A stretch of 64,000 nt of DNA from Octopus vulgaris (lineage: Eukaryota). The notes below the pieces were generated by a model. It was not told where the DNA came from. It was given only the letters and a program-made list of their open reading frames with translations, and searched no databases. The position numbers and the translations under genes were made by a program. Numbering within the stretch: position 1 is the first letter of the stretch; the number at the start of each line of letters is the position of its first letter. The DNA is taken from NCBI GenBank assembly GCA_951406725.2, contig OX597832.1:4898001-4962000 (forward strand), given 5' to 3'. Positions 54,401-64,000 of the stretch are shown here, piece by piece.

Positions 54401-57400
54401 TGACAGTGTTACATTTATTCTTAGATTAATGATTCATAGATCTTCACATATATACCAACATCTGATGTCCACTTTTCCATGCTTGTATTAGTCAGATAGA
54501 ATCTGTTGAGAGATTTTCTAAGGCCAGATGCCCTTCCTGTTGCTAATCCTTACTTGTTTCCAAGCACGGTAATATTTTTCCATGGTCAGACATATTTATC
54601 ACAAAAGATGAGAAACAGAGACAGAGCCACGGGGTCTGATAAAAAAAAGTATCAGGACTGTTGCTATGGTAACAGAGCCAATGTATGAAACAAAGTGTAC
54701 AGCAAGAAGTGTATGAGTCGGACATGAGTGTACAAGTGGCTCAAACATTTCCAAGATGGCTGACAAAATGTTGACAGTGACACACGTTCTGGGAGATCTG
54801 CAACTGATGAAAACATCACAGATGTGGGCATTAGTTACAGTTCAGTTCAGTCCATTCTTACTGAAGGTTTGGGTACAAGACACGTGTCTGCCAAGTTTGC
54901 AAAAACTGCTTTTAGTTGACCAAAGAGATCAGGTTTCAGCTGTGCAGGATTTCCTAGATTGTATTGAGGAAGATGAAAATTTTTTGTATAGGCACAGGAG
55001 TGGCTGTGTGGTAAGTAGCTTGCTAACCAACCACATGGTTCCGGGTTCAGTCCCACTGTGTGGCAACTTGGGCAAGTGTCTTCTGCTATAGCCCCGGGCC
55101 GACCAATGCCTTGTGAGTGGATTTGGTAGACAGAAACTGAAAGAAGCCCGTCGTATATATGTATATATATATATATATGTGTGTGTGTCTGTGTTTGTCC
55201 CCCTAGCATTGCTTGACAACCGATGCTGGTGTGTTTACGTCCCCGTCACTCAGCGGTTCGGCAAAAGAGACCGATAGAATAAGTACTGGGCTTACAAAGA
55301 ATAAGTCCCGGGGTCGATTTGCCTGACTAAAGGCAGTGCTCCAGCATGGCCACAGTCAAATGACTGAGACAAGTAAAGGAGTAAAAGGAGTAAGGAGAGC
55401 CATAACAGTTGATGAATCGTGGGTCTTTGGTTATGATCCAGAAACCAAGGCCCAGTCTTCACAGTGGAAGATCCCCAACACCTCTGAAACCAAAGAAAGA
55501 ACAAATGAGTCAAAGCAATGTGAACACACTGCTGACAGTTTTCTTTGACTACAAGGGCATTGTTCATCATGAGTATGTTCCACCAAGTCAAACAGTAAAC
55601 AAAGAGTACTACTATGACGTGTTGTGATGTTTGCAGGATGCTGTTCATGAGAAACGGACAGAATTGCATGCATCCTGTGAGTGGCAACTCCACCATGACA
55701 ACACACCTACTCATTCAGTGCAACCTGTACAGGATTTTTTGACCCAGCACATCTCCCAGGTCCAACAACCACCATTTTCCTCAGACCTCACTGCTTGCAT
55801 CTTTTTCCTCTTTCCAAAGACCAAATCCCACTTGAAAGGAACAAAATTTCAAGATGTCAAGGAAATCCAAGAGAAAGCAATGAGGAAGCTGCTCTCTATC
55901 CCCAAAAAAGGAGTTCCAGTGATGCTTCAATCATTGGTAATGCTTCAGAAAGAGACTGTTTCTTAGGAGATTAAATGCCAAATTGACATGTGTCGTAGTT
56001 TTCTTTTTATAGCATCAGTCCCGATATCTTTTCATGAGCCCTCATATAGTAGAGACATGCCCAAGGTGCTACACAGTTGAAATGAACCTAAGACCACATA
56101 GCCAAGAAGCAAGCTCCTTAACCACACAACCATGCTTAATATCACCATAATTCAACATCCACTTTTCTATGCTAGCATGGGTTAGATGGAGTTTATTGAG
56201 GTAGATTTTCTATGGTTGGATGTTCTTCCTGCCACCAACCCTCACCTGTTTCCAAGCAAGGTAATCTTTCCCCACAGCCAGACATGTTCTTGCAGTATAT
56301 TGGAAATGAAAGACACTGCCTGTATGACAGTTACAATCATTTTAGAACTACTATACAATGTCAAGGCAAGGAGATACAAAGAGATACACACACACCACAG
56401 GCTTCTTCCAGTTTCCGTCTACCACTCACAAGACTTTGGCCGGCCTGAAGCTATAGTAGAAGACACTTGCCCAAAGTACCACACAGTGGGACTGAACCCA
56501 GAAGCATGTGGTTGGGAAACAAACTTCTTACAACACAGCCACACTTGTATATTATTCTTTTTGTTTAACTCTTTCGTTACCAAACCGCCCAAAACCGCCC
56601 CAAAAAAATTTTGGTTAATGTGACCAAACAGCCCAAAGCCGCCCAAATTTACCTATTCATATTTAAATGAGAATATCAGAGCAAATCTCTTTGGTACATT
56701 CGTGAAAATACGTATTATACTTCGTAAAGAGTTCAACTACAGTTTTGTACAAAAATCGAAGTGTAATTTTAATTCCGTGAATTTTGGGAGATTTCTTTTC
56801 GAAATTTGTTCCTATTGTGTTTTCAAAATTTGTAATTCTGACAAAAAATGGATACGAATTTCATTATATCAAGCAGCAAGTCAGAATTCGAAGGATTTTC
56901 TACTGAAGACCTTCATAAATCTAACTCTATGACTGAAAAAAAAAAAAGCATGTGGTATTTGATAATGAATCTGATGTTTCATTTTCCGAAAGTGAAAACA
57001 GTGAATCCGAGAGCTCCAACAGCGATAAAGAAAATGAATTGGCACCTGAATGGAGTGAAAATTTAAAAACTGTTTCTTTCGGTGATTTTTCTGAAGAAAC
57101 TGGACCAAGCCACAGACTTTCCCAGAAGAGTAAAGCCTTAGACTATTTCTTTTTACTTTTTCGAATGAGCCTATTTGAAATCATTACGACGGAAATGAAC
57201 CGTTACGCTAAATGTAAACAAAGCAAAAGAAAGGATAGTTAGTGGTTTCCTACAACCTTAAATGAAATTAAGACTATTTTGCCATAAATATTATTATGGG
57301 TATCAGAAAGTTACCCAGAATAACAAATTCTATCGTAAAATTTTGTTGTATACCCAATTGAATATTAGCTAATAACCCATTTTCTATAGCGATGTTTGAA

Positions 57401-60400
57401 CAAAATTTTAATAATTATATATTTTGTTGAATTTACCTGTATCTACCTGCAATTAGAGTCACTTTGTGACAAAAATTATAGTATAGAATTGGTTGAGAAC
57501 ATTTCATTAAATTATCTTCCAAAATTCACGTTAATATATTGATAAATAAAAAAGTTATAGTTGTTTAATGAAACCAGACTAAATTTATGATTATGTTAGA
57601 AATTAATTGAAACACATAAGGGGTGTATTTTGGTCAGAAATATAGTAACGAAAGGGTTAAGCACTCCATTTTGGCCATCATCATTGAATGATGATTATGA
57701 AAACCAAAATTGAGTATTCAATTCATGAGCATAATCGGTTATATCAACCTCAATATTTGTAGACTGGTGCTATTTTATCAACCATGGATGGAAGAAAAGT
57801 AAAGTGAACCCAGATAAAATATGAACTCAAGAATGTGAAGGGATACAACCAAATGTAAGTTATTTTCTAGGATGCTCAATCAATTTAGTCAATCCACCAC
57901 CTTAGAGTTACAGTGAATATTTCAATATTAGTCTAACATATATAATTTTTTTAGTTATAGACACTTATCTAATTACTCAAAAACAAAAATGACTGAGAAT
58001 TAGCTAATTAATACAAACTTCAAATTTATGATAGATGCAGAGATTCTGAAAGATTAACGACTGATAAAGTGGAAAAAGCTGACAACAAAAGCTCCTTCTC
58101 ATTTACTTTATCCATTCTGATCTACTTATTCAGACATTTATTTTTTTCATTTTTATTTATATTTTTCATTCACTATTGTCTATTTTATATTCCTTCCTTT
58201 ATCTCCTCACCAAATCTCCTCAGATTCAGTGCTGAAGCAGAAATATCATTATAGTAACAAGCCTGCTCAATGCCACAGATTTGCTTATCAGTTACTTGAC
58301 CTTAACCACTTGAGACAGAGAGAAAAAAACAAAGATATACAATAACAATTAAAAAGACCTATGAAATAATGCCAGAGATTGTTGTGGCGAGAGTCATTGA
58401 CAGCTCTGTGGGATTGGAAGAATGGATTGGCCAAACTCTTATGAAGAGTAGCATATTGGTTGAAACAAGAAGTCATAAAAGCCATTGAGAGTTCGTGGAG
58501 ATCATTGAGATTTTGTATGTATTGAAGTATCGTGTTTATTAGAATAAGCTGAAGTACATCATATGAAGACAGTTGTGTCTATTCCCACTTCGTGAAATTT
58601 GCATATCAACTGGATGTCCTTCTAACACCAACCACTCCAAGAGTGTAGTGGGTGCCTTTTATGTGCCACCAGCACGAAGGCCAGTCAAGCAGTACTGATA
58701 TCAACCACACTTCAATGGTGCTTTTTACATACCACCGGTATGGGTGCCAATCAGGCGGTACTGTCATCAGCCACTACTTGACTCAACAGGTCTTCGCAAG
58801 CACAGTATATTGTCCAACGATTGAAGGGTATTCTTAAATGGGCCGGTTATGCTGCACTGGCATAGGCCATGGTTACAGTCTTACTTGGCTTCCCAGGTTT
58901 TCTCAAGTACAGCATATCTCCAAAGGTTTCAATCACTTGTCATTGTCTCCATGAGGCTCAATATGCAAAGGTTGTACTTCACCACATCATCCCAGGTGTT
59001 CCTGGGTCTACCCCTTTCACAAGTTCCCTCAACCGCTAGGATGTGGTACTTATTCACACAGCTGACCTCATCCATACATAACACATGACCATATCAGTGC
59101 AGTCGTCTCTCTTGCACACCACATCTGATGCTTCTTAAATCTAACTTTTCTCTCAGGGTTCTTACACTCTGTTGTGTATGCACACTGACATTACACATCC
59201 AGCAGAGCATACGAGCTTCATTCCTTGCAAGCTTACACATGTGCTCAGCAGTCACAACCCATGTTTCACTGTCATGTAGTATGGCTGTTCGCATACATGA
59301 ATCATACAGTTACCTTTTACTCTGAGCAAGAGGCCCTTTATAACCAGCAGAAGTAGGAGCTCTCTGAACTTTGCCCAGGTTATTCTTACTCTAGCAGCTA
59401 CACTCTCAGAGCATGCCCCCCTCCCATACTGACTTGGTCACCTACATAATGGAAGCTATCAACTACTTTTAGTTTTTTTTTCCCCTGGTATGTAATGGAA
59501 GCTGTTTTCTGGACATTTCCAGTGTTTATAGCACCTGAGCATTTGCCACATATAAAAACTATCTTCCCAGTTAGCCTTCCTTTGATATTGCTGCACCTCT
59601 TATGTGTCAATAGCTTACACTGGGTACATCTTATAGAGTTTCAACCTCCGCCTTTTCTACAGATTGAGCAGGGCCATCTACCTGAAGGGATTTGTGGTTT
59701 GCCTGCCTTCCTACTTATTAGGACTTTTGTTTTAGCTAGGTTGACTCTAAGGCCCTTCGATTTTAATCCTTGTTTCCACACTTGAAACTTCTCTAGTTCT
59801 GATAGTGACTCAGCAATTAGAGCAAGGTCATCAGCATAGAGGAGCTCCCAGGGGCATCCTGTCTTGAATTCCTCCGTTATTGACTGGAGGACTATGATAT
59901 CATCATTATCAACATCGTTTAACATCCGCTTTCCATGCTAGCAGGGGTTGGATGGTTCGACCGGGGTCTGGGAAGCCAGGAGGCTGCACTAGGCTCCAGT
60001 CAGATCCGGCAGTGTTTCTACAGCTGGATGGCTTTCCTAACGCCAATCACTCCGTGAGTGTAGTGGGTGCCTTTTACGTGCCACCAGCACAGAAGCCAGT
60101 CAAGGCGGCGCTGGCATAAGCTACATTCAGATGGTACTTTTTACATGCCACCAGCACAGGTATCACAACTACAATTTCCATTTGATATTTATTTTGATGT
60201 TGATGTACTTGACTCAGTAGGTCTTCTCAAGCACAGCACGTTACCCTACGATCCAAGGTAAGCACAGCAGGTCATTCTGCAATACAAGGTACTTTGGATG
60301 GGCTGGGGCTATGCAAAGCTGGTGCAGGAAGCAGCCATAAACTCACACTATTTGTCAGGTCTTTGGAGTCACAGCATATCTCCAGAGGTCTCGGTCTTTC

Positions 60401-60876
60401 GTCATTGTCTATGTGAGGCCCAACGTTCGAAGGTCATGCTTGACCACCTCATCCCATGTCTTCCTGGGTCTACCTCTCCCCCGGATATCTTCAACTGCTT
60501 GGCAGTGGCACTTCTTCACACATCTCTCCTCATCCATCCGCAGTACATGACCATACCAGCGCAAACGTCTCTCTTGCACACCACATCTGATGCTTCTTAT
60601 GTCCAGCATTTCTCTCAAGGCGCTTACACTCTGTCGTGTGTGCACACTGACATTACACATCCAGCGGATCATGCTAGCTTCATTTCTTTCAAGCCTACGC
60701 ATGTCCTCTGCTGTCACAGCCCATGTTTCACTACCGTGAAGCATGGCAGTTCGCACACATGCATTGTACAATCTACCTTTCACTCTGAGCAAGAGACCCT
60801 TTGTCACCAGTAGGGGTAGAAGCTTTCTAAACTTTGCTCAGGTTATTCGTATTCTAATATATATATATATTTGCGA

Positions 60877-60907
<31 letters not shown>

Positions 60908-62209
60908 TATATATATATTCGCAAATATAAGGACACAGGAAATGTGTCAAAGCCGACAGGAAGCGTCAATGCTTCCTAGGGCTATATAGCAGTAGTGTAA
61001 TTCCCTTTACGGGACTGTCATGTTATGTTGACATTATACAACCACTCTATCGCTCCACCACAGCTCATTTCTCTTTGAGACATTTAGAAATTCAATATTT
61101 CTAATTATGGTAACCAGTGAATAGATTTCACTGTAAATATATATATTTGTGAAGGCTTGGCAGGTATCTCAACTAGCAGGACTTGCTACTTTGGAAGTGT
61201 TTGTGTCGGTTTGTTGGATTTGTTGATTGTTGTTGTTGAGAACTGTTGTGTTGAATTGTTGGAGTTTTTGTTGGGTATGCACATACAAACACATGTATAT
61301 ATACCTATGTATATACACACACACACATATACATATATACATACACATGCATATATATATATATACAAACATACATATATACACACATACACATGCATAT
61401 ATACAGAGTTCAAATTCCACCAAGATCGCCTTTGCCTTTCATCCTTTGACGGTTGATAAGATAAGTACCAGTTGGGCACTGGGTTAGATGTAATCGGCTT
61501 ACCCTCTCCCCTGAAACTGTTGGCCTTGTGTGAAAATTTGAAACCTTAATTATTATTATTATTGGCAGAATCGTTAGCATGCTGAACGAAATGCTTAGCG
61601 GCATTTTGCCCGTTGCTAAATTCTGAGTTCAATTTCTGCCGCGGTCGACTTTACCTTTCATCCTTTTGGGGTCAATGAAATAAGTACCAGCTGAACACTG
61701 GGGTTAATGTCATCAACTCATCCCTTTCCCCAAAACTGCTGCCCTTGTGGCAAAATTCGAAACCGTTATTATTATTGTTGTTGCTATGTTTGATTTGGCT
61801 CCATGAGATTTAAAGTTTGGCAAGCTTCTGACAGAACCCCATCTTATTCAGGCTATGATTACTGAACAGAGAAAAACAGGAAATTCAAGATGGCAGCCAT
61901 TTGGGGTTTCTGCTAGAAGCCTGCAAAACTTTATATTTCATGGAGCTAAAGCAAACTGTTTTAAATAATAGTACATGTAACTCCTACTAAATGTGTTGGG
62001 TGCTTTTTCCTTTTGTTTGTCCACTCACTTATGTATATATAGTTGTGTATGAGTATGTGTGTTATTATCCTAATTTATATCCAAGATAATGAAAAAAAAA
62101 TCAACAAATTTTTACCTCATATGGAGACGGTCGTATCCTTTCACCAAATACAACTTGACCAAGGTTTTCTACAGGAGAGTGTGATTCATCAGACGTACAA
62201 AAATCGAAA
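17225..62209 (-). CDS. TM9SF2: Transmembrane 9 superfamily member 2 (nonaspanin/EMP70); 16 coding exons in the window, 5' exons missing
   Basis: 16 exons splice in phase (1759 nt). They give [112 protein letters not shown] and the C-terminal KIYSVVKVD (KxD/E motif). Confidence 0.96.
17754..18223 (+). mobile_element. Non-autonomous DNA element (MITE-like), copy 1
   Basis: Termini actgtgcaacaaatttt / aaattttgttacacagtg; homologous to 26983-27527 in the opposite orientation. Confidence 0.65.
18268..18498 (-). mobile_element. SINE family B, near-complete
   Basis: Reverse complement of the 4733-4958 family. Confidence 0.85.
19441..19612 (-). CDS. TM9SF2: TM9SF2 penultimate exon ([14 protein letters not shown]...FFLLT), followed by a GC donor
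   Basis: AG acceptor; the in-phase end is G|GCAAGT. Confidence 0.92.
19874..20126 (+). repeat. 5' pseudo-LTR of the Penelope element
   Basis: Identical by eye to 25103-25355; preceded by (CA)n. Confidence 0.9.
19973..20020 (+). ncRNA. Putative minimal type I hammerhead ribozyme, U3-A8 variant (5' pLTR)
   Basis: gat-TTGAAAA-c ccca ctagat tggg a-GAAA-gcgc-TA-atc fits stem I / core / stem II / GAAA / palindromic stem III / UH. Confidence 0.6.
20166..21713 (+). pseudogene. Penelope ORF1 (coiled-coil plus low-complexity protein), interrupted by two in-frame stops
   Basis: The 407-aa and 98-aa ORFs share one frame (TAA 21387, TAG 21684); heptad-like helices, then a P/T/Q/N/Y-rich tail; start codon uncertain. 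Confidence 0.65.
21695..24022 (+). pseudogene. Penelope ORF2: reverse transcriptase plus GIY-YIG endonuclease, with frameshifts near 22290 and 23990
   Basis: ORFs 21833-22294 and 22471-24180 join if one base is restored near 22290. An alternative frame ends KFSPKLNG* at 24022, the usual PLE P.LN terminus. Confidence 0.9.
24041..24660 (+). repeat. Two diverged tandem units of about 295 bp in the Penelope 3' region
   Basis: ttgaaggac...ttcgatttacaat...gaacattta...aattgtca...ttcctatgatat.caattttcaagatggt occurs at about 24041 and about 24336. Confidence 0.7.
25103..25355 (+). repeat. 3' pseudo-LTR of the Penelope element
   Basis: Identical to 19874-20126; runs into (TA)n. Confidence 0.9.
25202..25249 (+). 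ncRNA. Putative minimal type I hammerhead ribozyme, U3-A8 variant (3' pLTR)
   Basis: Identical copy of 19973-20020. Confidence 0.6.
25381..25860. mobile_element. Unclassified interspersed element bounded by (TA)n on both sides
   Basis: CpG-retaining segment between two TA tracts, abutting the Penelope 3' pLTR. Confidence 0.4.
26983..27527 (-). mobile_element. MITE-like element, copy 2 (inverted relative to 17754-18223)
   Basis: Shared block (both translate [12 protein letters not shown]-like); termini acactgtgtaaca / tgttacacagtgt. Confidence 0.65.
27325..27467 (-). mobile_element. 3' tip of a LINE (probably RTE-clade) with C2H2 finger and poly(A) tail, inserted in the MITE
   Basis: Minus strand reads [21 protein letters not shown] followed by a short UTR and A16. 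Confidence 0.7.
27630..27741 (-). CDS. TM9SF2: TM9SF2 exon ([15 protein letters not shown]...CYFHLCAE)
   Basis: AG/GT boundaries. Confidence 0.95.
27917..29150 (+). mobile_element. Mariner (DD34D) transposon, defective transposase 28101-29130, right TIR not found
   Basis: [25 protein letters not shown] (HTH), QVPREL (WVPHEL-like), [29 protein letters not shown]; frameshifts and stops; TA plus left TIR tcaggtcatcccataagttc. Confidence 0.92.
29522..29673 (-). CDS. TM9SF2: TM9SF2 exon ([18 protein letters not shown]...[12 protein letters not shown])
   Basis: AG/GT boundaries; PRQIP and GGVLPFG. Confidence 0.95.
30546..30705 (-). CDS. TM9SF2: TM9SF2 exon ([24 protein letters not shown]...GAYFGFKKR)
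   Basis: AG/GT boundaries; SSAAIPF and [12 protein letters not shown]. Confidence 0.95.
30833..30890 (-). CDS. TM9SF2: TM9SF2 exon ([19 protein letters not shown])
   Basis: AG/GT boundaries. Confidence 0.94.
31205..31575 (-). mobile_element. SINE family A
   Basis: Full-length reverse copy. Confidence 0.8.
31665..31722 (-). CDS. TM9SF2: TM9SF2 exon ([19 protein letters not shown])
   Basis: AG/GT boundaries. Confidence 0.93.
32405..32624. mobile_element. piggyBac-type MITE
   Basis: TTAA-ccctttc...gaaaggg-CTAA termini, similar to the 56569-57656 ends. Confidence 0.7.
32965..33026 (-). CDS. TM9SF2: TM9SF2 exon ([20 protein letters not shown])
   Basis: AG/GT boundaries. Confidence 0.94.
33180..34080 (+). 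mobile_element. Highly degenerate retroelement fragment, possibly Penelope RT-thumb/GIY-YIG
   Basis: A-rich strand bias; remnant ITCK...IGEL near 33850-33915. Confidence 0.3.
34536..34668 (-). CDS. TM9SF2: TM9SF2 exon ([26 protein letters not shown]...)
   Basis: AG/GT boundaries; [13 protein letters not shown]. Confidence 0.95.
35690..35890. repeat. Long imperfect palindrome (foldback)
   Basis: tgttatacttgg..tggtcgtattttgccaatt..actatata..acttcagctttatta is mirrored by taataaagctgaagt..tatatagt..aattagcaaaatatgacca..ccaagtataaca. Confidence 0.8.
36318..36426 (-). pseudogene. 5S rRNA pseudogene (5'-truncated) or 5S-derived SINE head
   Basis: Minus strand acgttgaaaacactggttctcatttgatcaccaaagttaagcaaca..gttagtatttagatggg..tgggaaacctaggtactataaac follows metazoan 5S rRNA with many CpG-type transitions. 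Confidence 0.85.
36495..36710 (+). mobile_element. Mariner 5' fragment
   Basis: TA-cgagggacgttcaataagtaatg TIR; ATG at 36662 gives [16 protein letters not shown]. Confidence 0.7.
37000..37440 (-). mobile_element. Degenerate LINE 3' fragment (RTE-like)
   Basis: (CCAT)n tail and RP.GRP-like remnant (ccccaaggtctcctgccagttgg on +). Confidence 0.4.
37455..37830 (-). mobile_element. SINE family A
   Basis: Full-length reverse copy. Confidence 0.8.
37955..38063 (-). CDS. TM9SF2: TM9SF2 exon ([36 protein letters not shown])
   Basis: AG/GT boundaries; first transmembrane helix. Confidence 0.95.
38363..38442 (-). CDS. TM9SF2: TM9SF2 exon ([27 protein letters not shown])
   Basis: AG/GT boundaries; W.SRWDY and IQWFS. 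Confidence 0.94.
39708..39975. mobile_element. Small element with 28-bp inverted repeats enclosing a degenerate (TTAGGG)n tract
   Basis: attgttcgtgcatttgtactggttttag (39708-39735) vs ctaaaagcagtagaaatgcacgaacaat (39948-39975), 2 mismatches; telomere-like tract about 39732-39868. Confidence 0.7.
41870..42640 (+). mobile_element. Old RTE LINE fragment
   Basis: [17 protein letters not shown]...FRCATC...DSFCF resembles the Cys-rich region of the RTE at 8700-8900. Confidence 0.55.
42945..43735 (+). mobile_element. 3' end of an R4/Dong-like non-LTR retrotransposon (RLE endonuclease)
   Basis: [21 protein letters not shown] (CCHC), PD-like NR.DL and IVDV.CPFD, then GSLGTV...[17 protein letters not shown]; bounded by (TAA/TGA)n. 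Confidence 0.78.
43765..44660 (+). mobile_element. R4/Dong-like RT fragment
   Basis: [45 protein letters not shown]; bounded by (TGA/TAA)n. Confidence 0.82.
44680..44892 (-). mobile_element. SINE family B; further copies near 11160, 11760, 31020, 42720, 47650, 51905, 61405 and 61562
   Basis: Shared caactggtacttattttatcgacc..aaaggatgaaaggcaaagt.gacct core. Confidence 0.75.
45275..45371 (-). CDS. TM9SF2: TM9SF2 exon ([14 protein letters not shown]...YTYSVRYR)
   Basis: AG/GT boundaries; YTYSV motif. Confidence 0.9.
47897..48042 (-). CDS. TM9SF2: TM9SF2 exon ([22 protein letters not shown]...ARVTPRS)
   Basis: AG/GT boundaries; FNHVDI motif. Confidence 0.92.
48110..48462 (+). mobile_element. 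RTE LINE 3' UTR-only insertion with internal tandem units and (GAT)n tail
   Basis: Repeated ggcacgtaa.aa.cacc units; same as the RTE tail at 7543-7990. Confidence 0.8.
48810..49156 (+). mobile_element. RTE LINE 3' UTR-only insertion
   Basis: Closely similar to 48110-48462. Confidence 0.8.
49352..50450. mobile_element. Non-autonomous pogo/Tc1-mariner-type element interrupted by an RTE tail
   Basis: TA-ccgtaaaaagccatgtaattta ... taaattacatggattttttacag-TA TIRs with subterminal repeats. Confidence 0.7.
49636..50030 (-). mobile_element. RTE LINE 3' UTR-only insertion, inverted relative to 48110 and 48810
   Basis: Reverse complement of the same unit structure. Confidence 0.8.
50700..51100 (+). 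mobile_element. SINE family A, diverged
   Basis: Head, (TG)n and tail are recognisable. Confidence 0.7.
51231..51360 (-). CDS. TM9SF2: TM9SF2 exon ([14 protein letters not shown]...[12 protein letters not shown])
   Basis: AG/GT boundaries; conserved DNMP and GFPIGCY. Confidence 0.93.
51477..51604 (-). CDS. TM9SF2: TM9SF2 exon ([13 protein letters not shown]...SLEYRHHW)
   Basis: AG/GT boundaries, phase-compatible with neighbours. Confidence 0.9.
51790..52205. mobile_element. piggyBac-type MITE with nested SINE B
   Basis: taacccttttggtacc ... taacaaaaggattaa; body similar to 32405-32624. Confidence 0.6.
54629..56046 (+). mobile_element. Mariner transposon relic split by a SINE
   Basis: Degenerate TIRs ggggtctgataaaa..gtatcaggactgttgctat / atagcatcagtcccgatatctttt; [42 protein letters not shown]. 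Confidence 0.85.
54995..55392 (+). mobile_element. SINE family A, near-complete, nested in the mariner
   Basis: Interrupts the transposase between ENFLY and AITVDESW. Confidence 0.88.
56569..57656 (+). mobile_element. Internally deleted piggyBac element with TTAA TSDs
   Basis: TTAA-ctctttcgttac ... gtaacgaaaggg-TTAA; encodes an acidic N-terminus and [30 protein letters not shown] (PGBD N-terminal region). Confidence 0.88.
58610..59897 (-). mobile_element. RTE LINE, 5'-truncated
   Basis: [28 protein letters not shown], Cys-rich finger, SETW; same family as 7543-10212. Confidence 0.88.
59898..60856 (-). mobile_element. RTE LINE 3' end (second insertion)
   Basis: Open 132-aa [23 protein letters not shown]...[10 protein letters not shown]...GRGRPRKTW plus 3' UTR. 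Confidence 0.88.
62116..62209 (-). CDS. TM9SF2: TM9SF2 exon ([31 protein letters not shown])
   Basis: AG/GT boundaries; conserved ENLGQV.FGERI motif. Confidence 0.93.
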
Positions 62210-62361
62210 CTATACATAAGAAAAAAAGTACTGGATTAGTATTTATTCACAACATAATTTTCATAATTTATAAACCTTAATATCTTAATTCCCTTCCACC
62301 TTTGATTGAATACATTTGATGTTGGAACCTATTTTCTCAATTATTTCTCTCTCTCTCTCTT

Positions 62362-62403
<42 letters not shown>

Positions 62404-62794
62404 CATACATACACACACACATTCTACAGAAGTGTTTCTTTTCTTTTATTTAGAACTCTACAAGTAGATTTTAAACAGATTATTTCATTTGAAAATTAAT
62501 GAGTTTTAGCACCTGTTACTCATTGGAATCTTTTTATCAAATAGAAAATCTGTCGATGGTTTACTACATGTATTTATTCATGTAGCATGGTAGAGTCATT
62601 GACTTACATAGCTTTGCATTCATTTTATTTCACTTCTTTGGAATTTCACATATTTTACAAACATCTATTAGGTCTTTCAGAATTTTGGCCTCACAACTAC
62701 CCACAGGTTGATTAAAAAAGTATTAGCTGGGTCGTTGTTATCATGAGGGATGCTGAGCCATGCCATTCAAATAACAGAAAGACAGCAGTATTAG

Positions 62795-63235
62795 GTGTTC
62801 CTCTATGCTGATGACCTTGCTCTTATAGCTGGATCACTTTCAAAATTAGAGATGAAATTCCAGGTTGGAAGCAAGGTCTAGGATCAAAGGGCCTTAGAGT
62901 TAATCTAGCAAAAATCAAAGTCTTAGTAAGTAGGAAAGCAGACAAATCACGAATCCCTTCAGGTAGATGGCCCTGCTCAATCTGTAGAAAAGGCATAGGT
63001 AGAAACTCCATAAGATGTTGCCAATGTAATATAAATGGCATCTGTGCCAGTGGTACATAAAAAGTACCCATTACACTCAGAGTGGTTGATGTTAGAAAGG
63101 GCATCTAGCTGTAAAAACCATTCCGAATCAGACTGGAACCTGGTGCAGTGCTCCAGCTTACCAGTTCCATTCAAACCATTTAACCCATGCCAGCTTGAAA
63201 AGCAGATGTTAAATGATGACGATGTTGATGATGAG
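62795..63235 (+). mobile_element. Internally deleted RTE LINE fragment
   Basis: [26 protein letters not shown] fused to the 3' UTR and (GAT)n tail. Confidence 0.75.
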
Positions 63236-64000
63236 TGTTGTCGTGAATATTAGTTTAAAGGGATAATATATAAGTAACAAAACTAGTTATTGTAGTGACT
63301 AAAATCCTATTATTATAACTGAAAATAGAAGAACACATCAAACAGAACATCATACAGAACTACAAAAATTTCTGTTACTTGCTGCAAGCTGAACCCTATT
63401 GAAATAATTTTCTCCATCTAGAAATATAGATGGGAAAAAATAAAAAACAGAAAGGACCAAAACTATTGCTAAATACAGTGAAACAAAACTGAAATTAGAT
63501 AAAAAAAAAAAGAAGTATTTGTGCAAGGCTGCAAACAGCGGTGCCACAGCTCTGAGCTGAAACTAGAGAGAAAAAAAAAACTAACTAGTTTTTAATTAAG
63601 TGCCTTCTATAACATTTTTTTTTTTTTTTTTTTTGATTGAAGAAATAAACTGATATTTATAAATCATGTCTTGAGATAAAATTCCTTCATAATTTGTAAA
63701 ATATGAAAACAGATATTCACATTTAAGTAAACAGAAATTTTGATGCATTATGTAAACATTAGCAAAGTATAAAAATAATCTATAAAAAGCTTGTCATAAT
63801 CTTGTTATATCTTTATCCAATTTTTGTGTGCTCATCAAAACTAATTACTGCATATTTTTCCCCTCTTTAACTTCATTTTCATTGTTACAGGCATCAGAAA
63901 GACTAATGCTCATATTGTGTTAAATAAACTTACAACTTTTTTTTTTTTAGTATGTTAAATTTTTTTTTATCTTCAAATTCACCATCAGAACTCAGTGTCA

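Noticed and set aside
62220-64000. TM9SF2 first exons (FYLPG and VN.LDS..PYEY motifs)
   Set aside because: Not found on the minus strand; they presumably lie beyond the window

Overview
AT-rich, microsatellite- and transposon-dense eukaryotic DNA. The SINE/RTE repertoire suggests an octopus or other coleoid genome (inference). Two convergent host genes are present: the last coding exon of an ankyrin-repeat/SOCS-box gene (+, 574-1064) and 16 coding exons of TM9SF2 (-, 62209 to 17225). The TM9SF2 5' exons are not in the window and its last intron is GC-AG. The rest is mostly mobile DNA: tRNA-derived SINEs, RTE and R4/Dong LINE fragments, mariner/Tc1/pogo/piggyBac relics and MITEs, and a 5S rRNA pseudogene. 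The most interesting object is a near-complete Neptune-type Penelope-like element (19874-25355) inside a TM9SF2 intron. It has identical 253-bp direct repeats, each with a hammerhead-like motif carrying a compensatory U3-A8 core. It also has a long coiled-coil ORF1 whose frame meets the RT/GIY-YIG frame at an HIV-type U_UUU_UUA -1 slippery site. A second, inverted Penelope relic with a hammerhead in its loop lies at 13630-14450. All calls come from reading the sequence by eye; no searches or folding were run.
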